Positions 1 to 11,726 of a stretch of 64,000 nucleotides of DNA are shown piece by piece. Every line of letters begins with the position of its first letter. The stretch's first letter is position 1. The position numbers were made by a program, and so were the translations under genes. This stretch comes from Octopus sinensis (Eukaryota): contig NC_043000.1 in NCBI RefSeq assembly GCF_006345805.1, positions 23,374,001 to 23,438,000 on the forward strand, read 5' to 3'. The notes below the pieces were generated by a model. The model was not told the origin of the DNA. It made no database searches and worked only from the letters and a program-made list of their open reading frames with translations.

Positions 1-137
1 TTGCTTTTTTTAAAGCATTGTATTGGAAAAAAAGCAATTAAAACACTATCATAAAATTAGACCTGTGTATTGTGTATTTAAAAAAAAATGTATATGTAGT
101 ATATAAGAACATACAAGTAGGGTAAAGCAGTATTTAA

Positions 138-357
138 CCTTTTAGTGTTTAAATTATTCTGTTAAATGTAATACTTCTTCATTCAAATTCATCATCATCA
201 ACTTGAATTAATCATGCATTATCTTATAGCGTTGAGGTTTCTATAATGTCACAATTTATTTTTAGACTGTCAATGTAGGGTAGGTGTGAAAGGCTAGATA
301 TCGCCAGTTTGAATATAAAACATGTAGAGTATTTGAGCCGGTTTAAACACTAAAGGG
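138..357. mobile_element. piggyBac-like MITE (family P1)
   Basis: TTAA at 134-137 and 358-361; 16-bp TIRs CCTTTTAGTGTTTAAA / TTTAAACACTAAAGGG with 1 mismatch; homologous to 4256-4456 and to the partial copy ending at 50361. Confidence 0.8.
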
Positions 358-2444
358 TTAATGCCAAGGAAAGTGTTTTATAAATTTTATAATTGCTGTC
401 ATCTCGGATGGATCTATTATTTGAATTTCATATTTCCTATCATCAGGCTAGGTACAAAGTAAACCAGTCTGATGATTGAATAACTAGATGAGAGTTACTA
501 GCTGTTATAATCACTATGTATATATATAAAGCACACACAATATGTATCGAAGATGGTTGGTATCCATACCTTTTGCATACTTTCTTTGACTGTTAAATTC
601 AATGTGTTTGTAATTCAGTTTCAGTAGGTTAAGTTGATATTTGCTAAAAATACATCAGTGGCGTAGAAACTCTAGATCATTGCAGTTCTAAGGTAAACGG
701 ATCAAATTAAATGATTTGTACAATATTTGGGTGGTGAATTACTCTTTGTTAGTTAACTAGGTGCATGAAAATTAAAGTTTAAAATTATTCTTTTTACACT
801 GTTGTCACTTTAAAATCAAGAGGAAACTTCTTATTTCAATTTCTGTAAAAAGTTATAGTTGAATGAAGAAATTGAATATCTATTGATTCTTTTCACTAAA
901 GTTTTCAACTATAGATTAGTTAATGTAATATAATTGTGTAATTATTTTTGAGATGTAAGGAAAGGACTAAAGTCTTTCATTGCTTACTTAATAACAAGAT
1001 CTTTATAATGGTAGCTGGGTGATTTTTCTCTATTTTGGGTGCAAAATGCTTATGAAATCTTTCTTTGTACTACCTGTTATGATAGTATTTTTCTGTATTC
1101 ACACTATAGAAAGAATAAAGATTCTATGTTTCTGAAATCTAATCACTTTGCATAAAGGCGCTGATCATCTATTTTTGAGCAAGTCTTGTTATCATTTAAA
1201 TAGTTTTTCTAATATAGAAATTTATATATTGGTTATTCTGAAGAATGCCGTGTTTATCATGATCATTTTAGATAATTTCCTGAAATCTAAATTTTTCATA
1301 ATAGTAATTTCTTTTGAATAGTCAAAGCCCAGTTTTTATAGGTGCTTTTAGTATTGTTTTTTTAATTGACCCCTTCCCCTTATTTACTGGTTCTTATTTT
1401 GAAATCAATAACCCCAAAATATTTAACAGAATTACATGAGGATATGATCTTGGAAACATTTCATTATTGATTTTGTGGCTTAAAATAAAGGTGGTGCTTC
1501 AGTATGGTTGCAGTTTTCTATGATGGAAGCCAATAAACTAGCTTAAAATGATAAAATAGTTCTGGCTTAAAACTATCAAATAATTTCGATATAATGACTT
1601 TTGTGATAGCACACGTTGACAGTTTTTATCAGTACTTCATGCTGCATTATTAGTTTCTAATCCTACCTTCAAAATTATATTACATGTGCACATCAAGGAA
1701 ATTATCTTCATCATACTTTCTCTATATTTTGAGGGTGTTATTAATATTTTTCTATCATAAACTATCATAATTTTGAAAGATAAGCACTATTACAAATTGG
1801 CAGAATATTGCTTTGTTCAGGTTTATTTTAAAATCCTCCTGCTATTGCAGATGTTAGTCACTATACCTAAAATATAAAACTAGAGCACCAATACAGTGTA
1901 GGTTATGAACAGACTTAGGTGTTTACAATCATTTCATGTGCATTTAGTCTGACTGTGAACTTAGGCCCCATAATTAAACTAAAAATTTACAAATAAGTAA
2001 ATACCTGCTATCAAAGCCAAAAATAAAAATTTTTAAATGCTGACATCAGCCGTACAGCTAGGATTTGACTGAGAAATGCATACAATCTGGGCAGTATTAT
2101 ATTTAAATTTATCATAGCTCATCAGTGATTGTTTGTTTTTCCATGCTAGCCTGGGTTATGGAGGGAAGATACTTTAAAATGGATCTTTATGGCAAGGTGC
2201 TCTTCTTGTCATCAGTCTTTATCTGTTTTTCTGGAAGGTTTTTTTTCTTCCTGTATGTGCATTATCATGTATTGTGTTCTTGAAAATCACCAAACAATCC
2301 AAACACGAGTACAGATGTTTTCCTAATGAGAATGTGTGTGCATGTGATGAAACTGTGACTGTTAATATTTTCTTTTTCAAAATGACATAAAAATATATTA
2401 AACCATATTTAAATAATGTTTATATTGCTGTTTGCTATTTTCAG

Positions 2445-2483
2445 ATTGTTTATGATAGTATAGTGAAAGAACTAGAGTTATAA
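2445..2483 (+). CDS. Candidate terminal (or poison/UTR) exon, IVYDSIVKELEL*, of an unidentified upstream gene
   Basis: Strong acceptor tttgctattttcag|ATT at 2444/2445; phase-0 frame reads 12 codons then TAA (2481-2483); the other two frames stop earlier; a donor-like GT|gtaagc follows at 2504/2505. Confidence 0.3.
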   Translation: MVYDSIVKELEL

Positions 2484-2849
2484 GGGATACTGGGGAATGT
2501 CAGTGTAAGCTGAGATTGTCTGAATATCTTTCAATTTCTCTGTTCAAAACTGAATGCATATTTCTTATAATTTTTGACCTACTATCATCACTATTGTGTG
2601 TCCATCTAAAATAGCCATTGCATTCTTAAAGTGAAAACTTAGCTTGCCAACTTTGTTATTGCATTCTTCTTTTCTTGCTTTTTGTTTTTTACTCAGTAAA
2701 TTAACTATTGGTATAGGTTCTTTAAGAGCATCTAATGAAAATTGCAACTCCTGGATGTGTTGTAATTCTTTTTAAAAATTGAAACTTTTTTGACTTTTTA
2801 GATTGTTGATAAAATGCCATTCTTAGAGCAAACTGATGCACATTGAACA

Positions 2850-3038
2850 ACACTTTTTAAAACCCTCAATATTTTATGGTATAACTTTTTTTGCAGACTT
2901 GTATTCTAAACACCAACTTCATTATGAAAAAGTCATATTACTAAATTTTTCCAGTCTTGATTAAATTTCAAGGCTAATTGAAACACATAGGCAGACATGA
3001 TTATTTTTCATTAGAAATGTGATCATGAAAGGGTTAAA
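2850..3038 (-). mobile_element. Degenerate piggyBac-like MITE (family P2)
   Basis: Ends in ...GAAAGGGTTAA, the reverse complement of the TTAACCCTTT start seen at 21339; left boundary approximate. Confidence 0.4.
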
Positions 3039-3399
3039 ATGTCAGTATTTTTTCTATAAACATATTTCAAATTTTCTCTTTAACATAGGAAAGATTGAAA
3101 TGTGTTATCTGTCACTTTATTAGAATAATTATTTTGTGTGTGGGTGTGTGTATGTTTGGTAAAGGAAGCAATTATAATTCAACAATGGCATCATGACAGT
3201 GGATCTGTTATTGCATTTACACCACACTGCAAGCTCATATTTGTGTATAAGAAAACATTGGTATGACTGGTTAAAAAGTTCACTTTGCATCCACATGGTG
3301 TAGGGTTGTGTGGCACTTTGGGTTGAGTGAAATGCATTTGGATGACAGGAACTATGTGAAAGTGTGTGCAAGTGAGCATGTATGCGTGTGCATACATGC

Positions 3400-3795
3400 A
3401 AATATAGCTGTATGGTTAAGAAGTTCACTTTGGAAATGCATGGTTATGGATTCTCTCTCACTGTGGATGTTGTCAGTATCCTGTACTACAGTCAATTCAT
3501 AAATAAAACACTGGAGAAGCCTGTTGTATGCGTGTGTTTGCTGATTATAAATGTGAAAGCATGCTTGGGCTTCATGACGTGTTGCATGATCCTTGTCAGC
3601 AAAAGGCTCCTTCAAATGATGTTGTTTGTTTCTATTTTTCTGCATAACCATGTCCAGGTTGTTTTTTGTTCAATAAACTGGGGGATTGTTACCTTGAAAG
3701 AAGGACACCCAGCTGTAGAAAACTCTTCCCCAGTACAGTATTATCTGACCAGTGCAAGCATGGAAAAGTAAACATTAAAACAATGATGATGGTGA
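3400..3795 (+). mobile_element. Degenerate tRNA-head SINE with RTE-type (ATG)n tail
   Basis: Head similar to 17364 and 46498 (gctgtatggttaagaag...); 3' end gcaagcatggaaaagtaaacattaaaacaatgatgatg. Confidence 0.6.
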
Positions 3796-4255
3796 TATAT
3801 AATGGGGAGATAATATGGGTTAGAAAAGACCCTTCAGTTTTGTCAAGAATAGGACTACTGAAACATTGGTGTCATGGTATGACATGAGTACATTTAGTAA
3901 ATAAATTAGCATCAGGAAGTTCATTTAGCCATAGAAGCCATATCTATGTAAAAAATGGAATGTCTAAGATATAGTCTATGATCCACATAGGAGAGTGGTA
4001 ATTCTAAATCTGGAGTAACCCATACTTTTATTAGTCTAACCTGTACCAGCATTAAAAAAATCAGATATAAAATTATTAAATTTGTGTGTATGAATGTGTC
4101 CATTACTTAAAAACTTGTTCTGTAATAAGTGTTGTAATCTTTGAAGATGGTGCCTAAATACAGTTGTAACACTGAAATATAAAAAAAAAATAATACACAT
4201 ACACATTGACACACTGTATCACTTTGTTTAAAGTCAAGGGCTCATCAGTGGTTAA

Positions 4256-4456
4256 CCCTTTAACATTCAGCTTACTCTGTCAAAATGTAATACTTATTTA
4301 TTCACATCATTTTGAATTAATCATGCATTATCTCCCAAAGAGATTGCAATGTGATTGTTTATTTTTAGAATGACATTATGGGGTAGGTGTGAGGCCAGAT
4401 CTGACCAGTTCGAGCATAAAAGGTAGAAGGTGTAGGCTGGTTTAAATGCTAAAGGA
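4256..4456. mobile_element. piggyBac-like MITE (family P1)
   Basis: TTAA|CCCTTTAACATT...AATGCTAAAGGA|TTAA; internal sequence homologous to 138-357. Confidence 0.8.
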
Positions 4457-5114
4457 TTAAACACTATTTTCATTTAATCATTTATAAAATTATCAAAACA
4501 GTCAATAAAATCATGAAAATTAGCATGATTTAATTTAAGAACATGAAAAAAAAAAAAAAATGCATTTAGCTTTTTAAGTGAGGCAGACTTATTTGATTAT
4601 ATCACCAAAAATATGATTGAGAATTGTTCTATTGCATAAGCTGAAATGGATGTTTCAGACCAAAGCTGATGTAGTTGTATCTTAGTAACTGCTGCTCACC
4701 ATACTTCTGACATCTTTATTGAAACTCACCACCTTCGATCAGAACAGCACTGAAAATCTACTGAAAGGTTGGACGAAATATTCATCATTTGTCTAAAAAG
4801 AACAGGAAAATGACTGTGGTTGACATTTTGAATGATGTTCAGCAGAAATATCACATGCAAATTGGTGGTGTTATCACCAAAATACTTGATGAAAGTAGTT
4901 TGTGTGGGACATTAAAATAAAGAACATATATTTCTTTGAAAGTCCACTGTTTCTGCATTCACTTTACTCGAGCACAGGAATTGTGTTGTCAGATTGATTA
5001 GAAATCTTGTGGTGATTGGACAAGTTGAAATTTAACTAGTTGAGTTTTAATGGCTGAGTGTATGGTCATCATACAGGACAAGACTTTCAGTTGGAGATTA
5101 TGACTCTGCCAGCT

Positions 5115-5330
5115 AAGCATGATGGTAATGGCATGGTTTGGGGCTCTATATCTGGAAAAGCAGTTGGTTTTGTACATCAGATCAAAGCCTATCTGAGTGC
5201 TGATCATTTAGGCTAGTTGTAATGTTTTCATTCTAAAGGAATTAAAAAACAAAACATCAAGAGCATAAAAGTTTTTAGTGATGCTGCAGCCAACACAGTC
5301 CTAAATTTAAATCCTATAGAAAATGCACTG
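5115..5330 (+). pseudogene. Tc1-family transposase relic
   Basis: Translates KHDGNGMVWGSISGKAVG (cf. KHGGGSIMVWGC) and later NLNPIENAL (cf. DLNPIENLW); frameshifted, no TIRs found. Confidence 0.55.
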
Positions 5331-5572
5331 AAATAGGTCAACATGAGTCATCAAGAAAGGAAATTGAATGAATTGTATGGTTATGCAGCTAAGCTATGAG
5401 TCAAAATGGATCTATTCCATCTCAATCTCAGATTAAAAAAAATATTTTATTTTGACTAAACAATATGAAACTTCAAATACTGGTAGAATTTCTCATGTAG
5501 AACATGGTTTATTCTGAATGTTTTTGACAAAATTTTGTCTTGTAGAAGTTATTTTGTGTTAAACTTGTTGTA

Positions 5573-6502
5573 TTTGGGTAATTTTAACTAATCAACGACG
5601 TGTATTCGGTTGAAGAAAGCTACTGCTGTTTGCGATAGTAATCAAAGAGGGACAACTTTAGGGTCATCTCTACTAAATGTCACCACAATTCCGCAGCTAG
5701 CTTTTTTGTTGTTGATGTATATGTAGTTTTAAAATGTCTTATTTTACAACTATGAGATATATTGTTGTTGTCATGATTTTATCTTACTATGATCAACAAC
5801 AAACACATTTCGTCAATATAAAAGTCTTTATTAGATAAAAAATAACATTATCAAAACATGAAGGTAAAACAAAAACAAATTGCGGCTTATACACCAGAAA
5901 ATATGTTAACTGTAATGGCAGTGACAAGTTCGCACACTGGTTTCTAGTTGATAGTGTAGAAGGGAAGGAAAGAGTAAGGAATGGACAGTGGTGACTAGGA
6001 AGGATAAAGGTGGCATCATCTTCACACACCATACAAATAGAACAATGGTGACATTTAATAGAGACTAGCAGTATCGCCCGGCGTTGCTCAGGTTTGTAAG
6101 GGAAATAGCTATAAAGCATTTTTAGAGAGTTATAGCAAAAAAATGGAAAAAAAAATGATGGTAAATTTTTTTTTGAGAGTAAAAAAAGGTTGAGTTGCGT
6201 CCCCTAGACAGTCTGTGGTTTGTTTTTTTTTATTCTCGACCCCATGTCGAATTTATCGATTTTTTTCAGAACTGGGGCAACTTTTCAAAATTTTCGCTGC
6301 GTTAGTTTTGAATTATGACATTGGGCTATGTGTGTGTCAAGTTTCATCAGAATCGGTTGAAAGCCATGGTCAGGGTGAGGGTACGAGAAAACAGACACAC
6401 AGAAACACGCACAGACAAACTGCCGTTTATATAGAGAGAGATGATCTGGAAGTTGTTTTCTTCAACCGAATACGCATCGTTGATTAGTTAAATTTACCCA
6501 AA
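5573..6502. mobile_element. Non-autonomous TIR DNA element with 52-bp TIRs and TA target duplication
   Basis: 5573-5624 and 6451-6502 are inverted repeats with 5 mismatches in 52 bp; TA at 5571-5572 and 6503-6504. Confidence 0.75.
6064..6442 (+). mobile_element. Helentron-associated (HINE/DINE-1/Lep1-like) non-autonomous element nested in the TIR element
   Basis: 5' ACTAGCAGTATCGCCCGGCGTTGCTCAGG (ACTAG start plus a short stem-loop); 3' (ACAG/CACA)n microsatellite then AACTGCCGTTTATATAGAGAGAGAT; no target duplication. This is the architecture known for HINE/Lep1 elements. Confidence 0.6.
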
Positions 6503-6528
6503 TATGATGTTGAAATTACATTCGATGA

Positions 6529-6840
6529 CTGGCATCTGTGCTAGTGGAGTGCTAAGAGCATCATCCGAGTGTGATCATTGCCAGTGCCACTGGACTGGCT
6601 CTTGTGCAGGTGGCATGTAAAAAACACCATTTGAGCATGGCCGTTGCCAGTACCGCCAGTGGCACGTAAAAGCATCCACTACACTCTCGGAGTGGTTGGC
6701 ATTAAAAAGGGCATCCAGCTGTAGAAACTCTGCCAGATCAGATTAGAGCCTGGTGCAGCCATCTGGTTTGCCAGTCCTCAGTCAAATCGTCCAATCCATG
6801 CCAGCATGGAAAGCGGACGTTAAATGATGATGATGATGAC
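6529..6840 (+). mobile_element. 5'-truncated RTE LINE 3'UTR with (ATG)n tail
   Basis: Homologous to 7370-7920; ends catgccagcatggaaagcggacgttaaatgatgatgatgac. Confidence 0.8.
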
Positions 6841-7049
6841 AACTTTAACACAAAATAACTTCTAAAAGATGAAATTTTGTCAAGAACATTCAGAGTATAC
6901 TGTGTTCTACATGGGAATAGATCCATCAAAATTTCAGTTAATGTGATTAATCAAGCTTATATAGACTCAATTCCTTATAGATGTGATTCTCTTTTAAGAA
7001 ATTTGTCTACCTGAACAAATATATATATATATATATACACACACACACC

Positions 7050-7920
7050 CTAGCGGTTGAGGGAACCTGTGGAAGAGGCAGACCCAGGAAAACCTGGGAC
7101 GAGGTGGTGAAGCACAACCTTCAAACTTTAGGTCTCACTGAGGAAATGACTAGAGACCGAGACCTCTGGAAGTATGCTGTGCGCGAGAAGACCCGGCAGG
7201 ACAAGTGAGACCATAACCCGTGGCCTTCTACATGGGATGTAGCCAGCCCTCTTATGCATACCTTCCCTTCTTGGGACACAAAACTCTACATGTGAAGACC
7301 TGTTGAGGCAAGTGAGAATCAGAATCGAAATCGATCAATGGAAATTGCAGCTGAGTTACCAGTGCCGGTGGCACGTAAGAGAACCATTCAAATGTGGCCG
7401 TTGCCAGCGCCGCCCAGACTGGCCTCGTGCCAGTGGCACGTAAAAAGCACCATCCGTTTGTGGCCGTTTGCCAGACTCGTCTGGCACCACCATCCGTTCG
7501 TGGCCGTTTGCCAGAAACGTCTGGCACCACCATCCGTTCGTGGCCGTTTGCCAGACTCGTCTGGCACCACCATCCGTTCGTGGCCGTTTGCCAGACTCGT
7601 CTGGCACCACCATCCGTTCGTGGCCGTTTGCCAGACTCGTCTGGCACCACCATCCGTTCGTGGTCGTTGCCAGCCTCGCCTGGCCCTGTGCCGGTGGCAC
7701 GTAAAAAGCACCATCCGTCCGTGGCCGTTTGCCAGCTGCGGGTGGCACGTAAAAAGCACCCACTACACTCACGGAGTGGTTGATGTTAGGAAGGGCATCC
7801 AGCCGTAGAAACACTGCCAGATCAGACTGGGCCTGATGCAGCCTTCTGGCTTCACAGACCCCAGTTAAACCGTCCAACCCATGCTAGCATGGAAAGCGGA
7901 CGCTAAATGATGATGATGAT
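7050..7920 (+). mobile_element. 5'-truncated RTE-clade LINE (ORF C-terminus, long 3'UTR, (ATG)n tail)
   Basis: 7050-7208 translates LAVEGTCGRGRPRKTWDEVVKHNLQTLGLTEEMTRDRDLWKYAVREKTRQDK*, with the RTE C-terminal GRGRPRKTW motif; followed by about 700 bp of UTR and the tail. Confidence 0.9.
7448..7660 (+). repeat. 40-bp GC-rich minisatellite (5 near-perfect units plus a partial), each unit carrying a hairpin
   Basis: Unit CACCATCCGTTCGTGGCCGTTTGCCAGACTCGTCTGGCAC starts at 7448, 7488, 7528, 7568 and 7608; TGCCAGAC-TC-GTCTGGCA is a perfect inverted repeat. Confidence 0.95.
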
Positions 7921-8201
7921 CACCGGGACAGACCAGGCTATCAGATATTGCTACTCATCGCTGGTCATAATGTGCTTCACATTGCTTTAGCCTTCAAATG
8001 ACACTACCCCGCTGGCTAAGCGAGCAGGCCAACCGAAGAAAGAGTGAGAGAAAGTTGTGGCGAAAGTGTACAGCAGGGATGCCCCCCCCCCCCCCCCGCC
8101 GGAGCCTCGTGGAGCTTTAGGCATTTTCGCTCAAACACAACGCCCAGTCTGGGAATCGAAACCACGAGTCTGCTGCCCTAACCACTGGACCATTGCACCT
8201 C

Positions 8202-8203
<2 letters not shown>
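7918..8203 (-). mobile_element. tRNA-derived SINE (head H1, tail T1)
   Basis: The reverse strand begins TGGAGGTGCAATGGTCCAGTGGTTAGGGCAGC...GGTTTCGATTCCC (Pol III A/B-box-like); the head is homologous to 40094-40257 and the tail to 37170-37283. Confidence 0.85.
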
Positions 8204-8232
<29 letters not shown>

Positions 8233-9459
8233 TACATGTTTATTTTCAAGAACAAAGAAAAGAAGAGAACTGAAAGCAAAACATACTTAGTGTTTTAATG
8301 TATGTATATATATGCTGATACATCCAAACTAGTGTTCTTAACTAAGTTGTTAAAGTTGGAGTCGTTACAGCCCATTCTTTAGGTAAATGTTGTATTTGGT
8401 CATGTTCTTGGAATTTAGGAAAATGTGTATGTGATGTTGAAGTGTCTATGTGTGAGAGGGAAGAGGTGGAAGCTACACTCGTCTGTGGAATACTCAGCTG
8501 CTTCCAAATCCATTTCATGAGTAGAAGTCCAGTTGATCAATAAACAGTGCTGATCATTGAGACTGTCAAAGAATCCACTATGTATGTATGTAGGAACCCT
8601 AGCATGGTCATTCAAATTCTACAAATAGCAGCCAAATCTCCATCAAAGAACACAATGGACAACATAATCCATGATATTCAAAGATAGAATGGTCAGAGCT
8701 GCAAAACCTTTTATTATACATCAGTTTGATCAGTGCCAATCTGGGGCCAGATAACAAAAATTAAAGGTGTCTTTACGTATTTGATTGATCTGCTAGGCAT
8801 AAATAGTTCTGCTACCTTCAGCAATGAAAGATACATTGGAGAATGTACTGATATACAAATAGACAGATAGTCATGGTTGAAAGGCTTTCATCGTAGATTT
8901 GCTCCATCAGGACTGTTCTGATAAACAAATATTTCCAACCAATGAGGAATCTGATATGTCAGTGATTCCTCTACCATTTACTCCTTTGGTTTGATGTATT
9001 TCACTATTTACTCTCTTATATACTAAATAATTGCTATACTTATAAAAGCTTATGACTCAGTCAAAATGTTATCTTTAAAATAACATGTTACCATTAGTAC
9101 TTTATTTGCATAAAGTCATACCAAAATATTTTGACTGAAATCAACTTGAGCCTCTTACATGTATTGGGTCTTGCAAAATTTGACTCCATGCAATTTGCTC
9201 AGTGCTATAAAAAAAATGAGCTAAAATATTGGGAGATTAATAAAAAATAAAAGCCAGCTTTTGTAGTTAGAAAGTTTGTTTTGTAGCTTCATGGTTTCAG
9301 GTCCTACTTCACTGTGTGACACTGGGTAAGTGCCTTCTATAGGTCAGTGAAATTTACTAGATGGGAACTGGCAAGAAAAGTATCCAACTGTACAAAAATC
9401 TGCGTCCTTTATGAAATCCATCTAATCTGTGCAAGCACGGAAAAGTAGACATTGAAATG

Positions 9460-10005
9460 ATGATGGCACCAGTCTTCCCAACTCCTGCATCATTGGCCAT
9501 CTCCCATCACTACATCCACCCTTTCAACTCTACCCAATCCTTACAGACACTGCTTACCTCTCTTCTACCCATTTATCCTTTCTCCTACCCCCATATACTC
9601 TTGCAAATTCCTATCCATTCTTCGTTTCTCTGCCCCCACTCATTTCAACTCACGTCATACCTTGATGTGCCACCTGGATACGTTAGCACCATTATTTATC
9701 TCTTCTACTAACGATTCATTCCTTACTCCTAAAGGTGAATAGCCATGTAGCTCCCCTACAATAAGAACCTGCTCTGCCCTTTCCTTAGGGTTTCGTAAAT
9801 TTGTGAGCTGCATGATGGCTTATTTTTGGTGGCATGGGAAAAGTTCTCAGTACACTGTAAAGTGGTTGGGATTGGCAAGGGCAACTGGCCATAGAAACCA
9901 TGCCTAAGCAATACTGGAGTACAGTGCAGTTGTAAGACCCATTGGGTCTTGTCAGTTATCCAACCCATGCCAGCATGGTGCATGATTTTTAAATGATGAT
10001 GGTGA
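9460..10005 (+). mobile_element. CT-rich retroelement 3' region with RTE-type (ATG)n tail
   Basis: Shares the tagccatgta...cctacaataag..cctg motif and tail with 41430-42120; ends caacccatgccagcatgg...aaatgatgatgg. Confidence 0.55.
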
Positions 10006-10456
10006 TTGTGTGTGTGCATGTGTCTCTACATTGACACTGTTTGGTCATTGTTTGCTTGGTTATATCTTTGCTAAACAACAGCACTTTTATATGAAGGCCA
10101 GTGGAATAGAAATACTTCACTTGAAAAACAAGTTGTGATTGGCAGCTTGAAGGCCATCTGATTGTAGAATGCTATCCAAATGAGTCTTGGCCAACCCATG
10201 CCAACATGGGAAAGTGAACATAAAGGCAATGATGATGATGAATATGAATTACAATATATCCTCAATTGAAATGACTTCAAATATAGGTCCTTATTCTTTC
10301 CCTTTTAAAAAAAGAACATTGGAAACTTTGTTAGAGTTCAAGTTGAGTGCTTTCCAAAGGAAAAGCGTTTGTATTCAGTCTGGAGCTATTCCGTATTCAC
10401 ATACAAGAGAGTTACCTATTTAATTAGATTATTTTTGAGTTAGCAAGAGTTATATA

Positions 10457-11726
10457 CAGGGGTTGGACAAAATAATGGAAACACCTAGCATCATAGCATC
10501 GTAATTTTGAAATATCTATAAAACCATCAAAAGCTTGTTTATTTTTATGTTTTTTGATTTATTATTAGTGGTGCTTAATGTTTTTCTAACATTGCTATTT
10601 CGTTTCAGATATCATCAGAAAAAGATAATTAAAATTCATTAAAATGACAGATCTATCGAACTTTCAAAGAGGTCAAATTGTTGGTGCTCATATGGCAGGT
10701 GCTAGCGTAATGAAAACAGCCGAAATGTTTGGTTTATCAAGAGGTACTGTCTTGAAAGTAATGACAACCTTTGAGAAAGAGGAGAAAAACATCCTCGTCA
10801 AAACAAAACTCTGGAAGAAAACCACAACTTTCAGATAGGGACTGTTGCACTCCTATGTGAATTGTTAGAAAGGATCACAAAAGTACATTTACCAAAATTA
10901 CTGCGGAGCTTAATGACCACCTTGAGAACCCAGTTTCCACAAAAACTGTTTGCCAGGAGCTGCACAAAGCTGGATTTCAGGGGAGGGCTACAATCAGAAA
11001 ACAGCTACTTTCAAAAACAAAGTTGCAAAGTATTTTGAATGAAGTAAAAACCTACAGAATTGGTCCCTAGAGCAATGGAAGAATGTTATTTTTTGGACAA
11101 GTCATCCTTTACCTTATTTCCGACCACTGGCCGAGTATACATGTAGAGTCAGCCAAAAGAAGCATTTGGACCAGACTGCCTTCTTCCAACTGTTAAACAT
11201 GGAGGAGGATCTGTGGTGATCTGGGGAACTATATCTTGGAAATCCGCCAGCCCAATGGTTTCCCTTCATGGCAGAATTAATAGTCAAGACTATTTAAGCA
11301 TTTTATCTGATCAAATTCATCCTATGGTTGCAGAACTGTTTCCGGAGGGAAACGCAATCTTTCATGATGATAATGCACCAATTCACACAGCTAAAGTTGT
11401 TACTGAATGGCACAAGGAACATTCTAGTGAAGTTGAACATCTTATATGGCCACCACAGTCTCCAGATCTCCATATTATTGAACATTTATGGTGCATTTTA
11501 GAAAAACAAGTAAAGAATTGATATTCTCCACCATCATCATTACAAGAACTGGAGGCTGTTTTAGCTGAAGAAAGGACAAAAATTCCTTTGGAAACTATTT
11601 AAACTTTGTACAAGTTTATACCTTGTAGAATTCAAGCTGTAATTACTGCCAAAGGCGGTCCTACCCCATATTAAATTAAATTTGTTTGAAATTTTAAGGT
11701 GTTTCCATTATCTTGTCCAACCCCTG
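10457..11726 (+). mobile_element. Full-length Tc1/mariner DNA transposon, DD36E (Incomer-like)
   Basis: 30-bp TIRs CAGGGGTTGGACAA(A/G)ATAATGGAAACACCT at 10457-10486 and 11697-11726 with 1 mismatch; TA duplication at 10455-56 and 11727-28; 1270 bp long. Confidence 0.95.
10644..11674 (+). pseudogene. Disrupted Tc1 transposase with DD36E spacing
   Basis: N-terminus MTDLSNFQRGQIVGAHMAGAS (paired-like HTH); first D at 11096 (VIF-DKS); DNAPIH...SPDLHIIE has 36 residues between D and E; C-terminus AKGGPTPY* (TAA 11672-74); several frameshifts and internal stops. Confidence 0.92.

Noticed and set aside
7448-7660. CRISPR-like array of palindromic repeats
   Set aside because: The units are contiguous with no unique spacers, there are no cas genes, and the array lies in a eukaryotic LINE 3'UTR.
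7252-7877. Six overlapping ORFs of 78-173 aa as real genes
   Set aside because: They are by-products of the GC-rich 40-bp tandem repeat; the translations are repetitive in every frame.
8082-8097. Poly-C/G runs (also 41568-41581) as functional G-quadruplexes
   Set aside because: They are single homopolymer expansions inside repeats, with no independent evidence of function.
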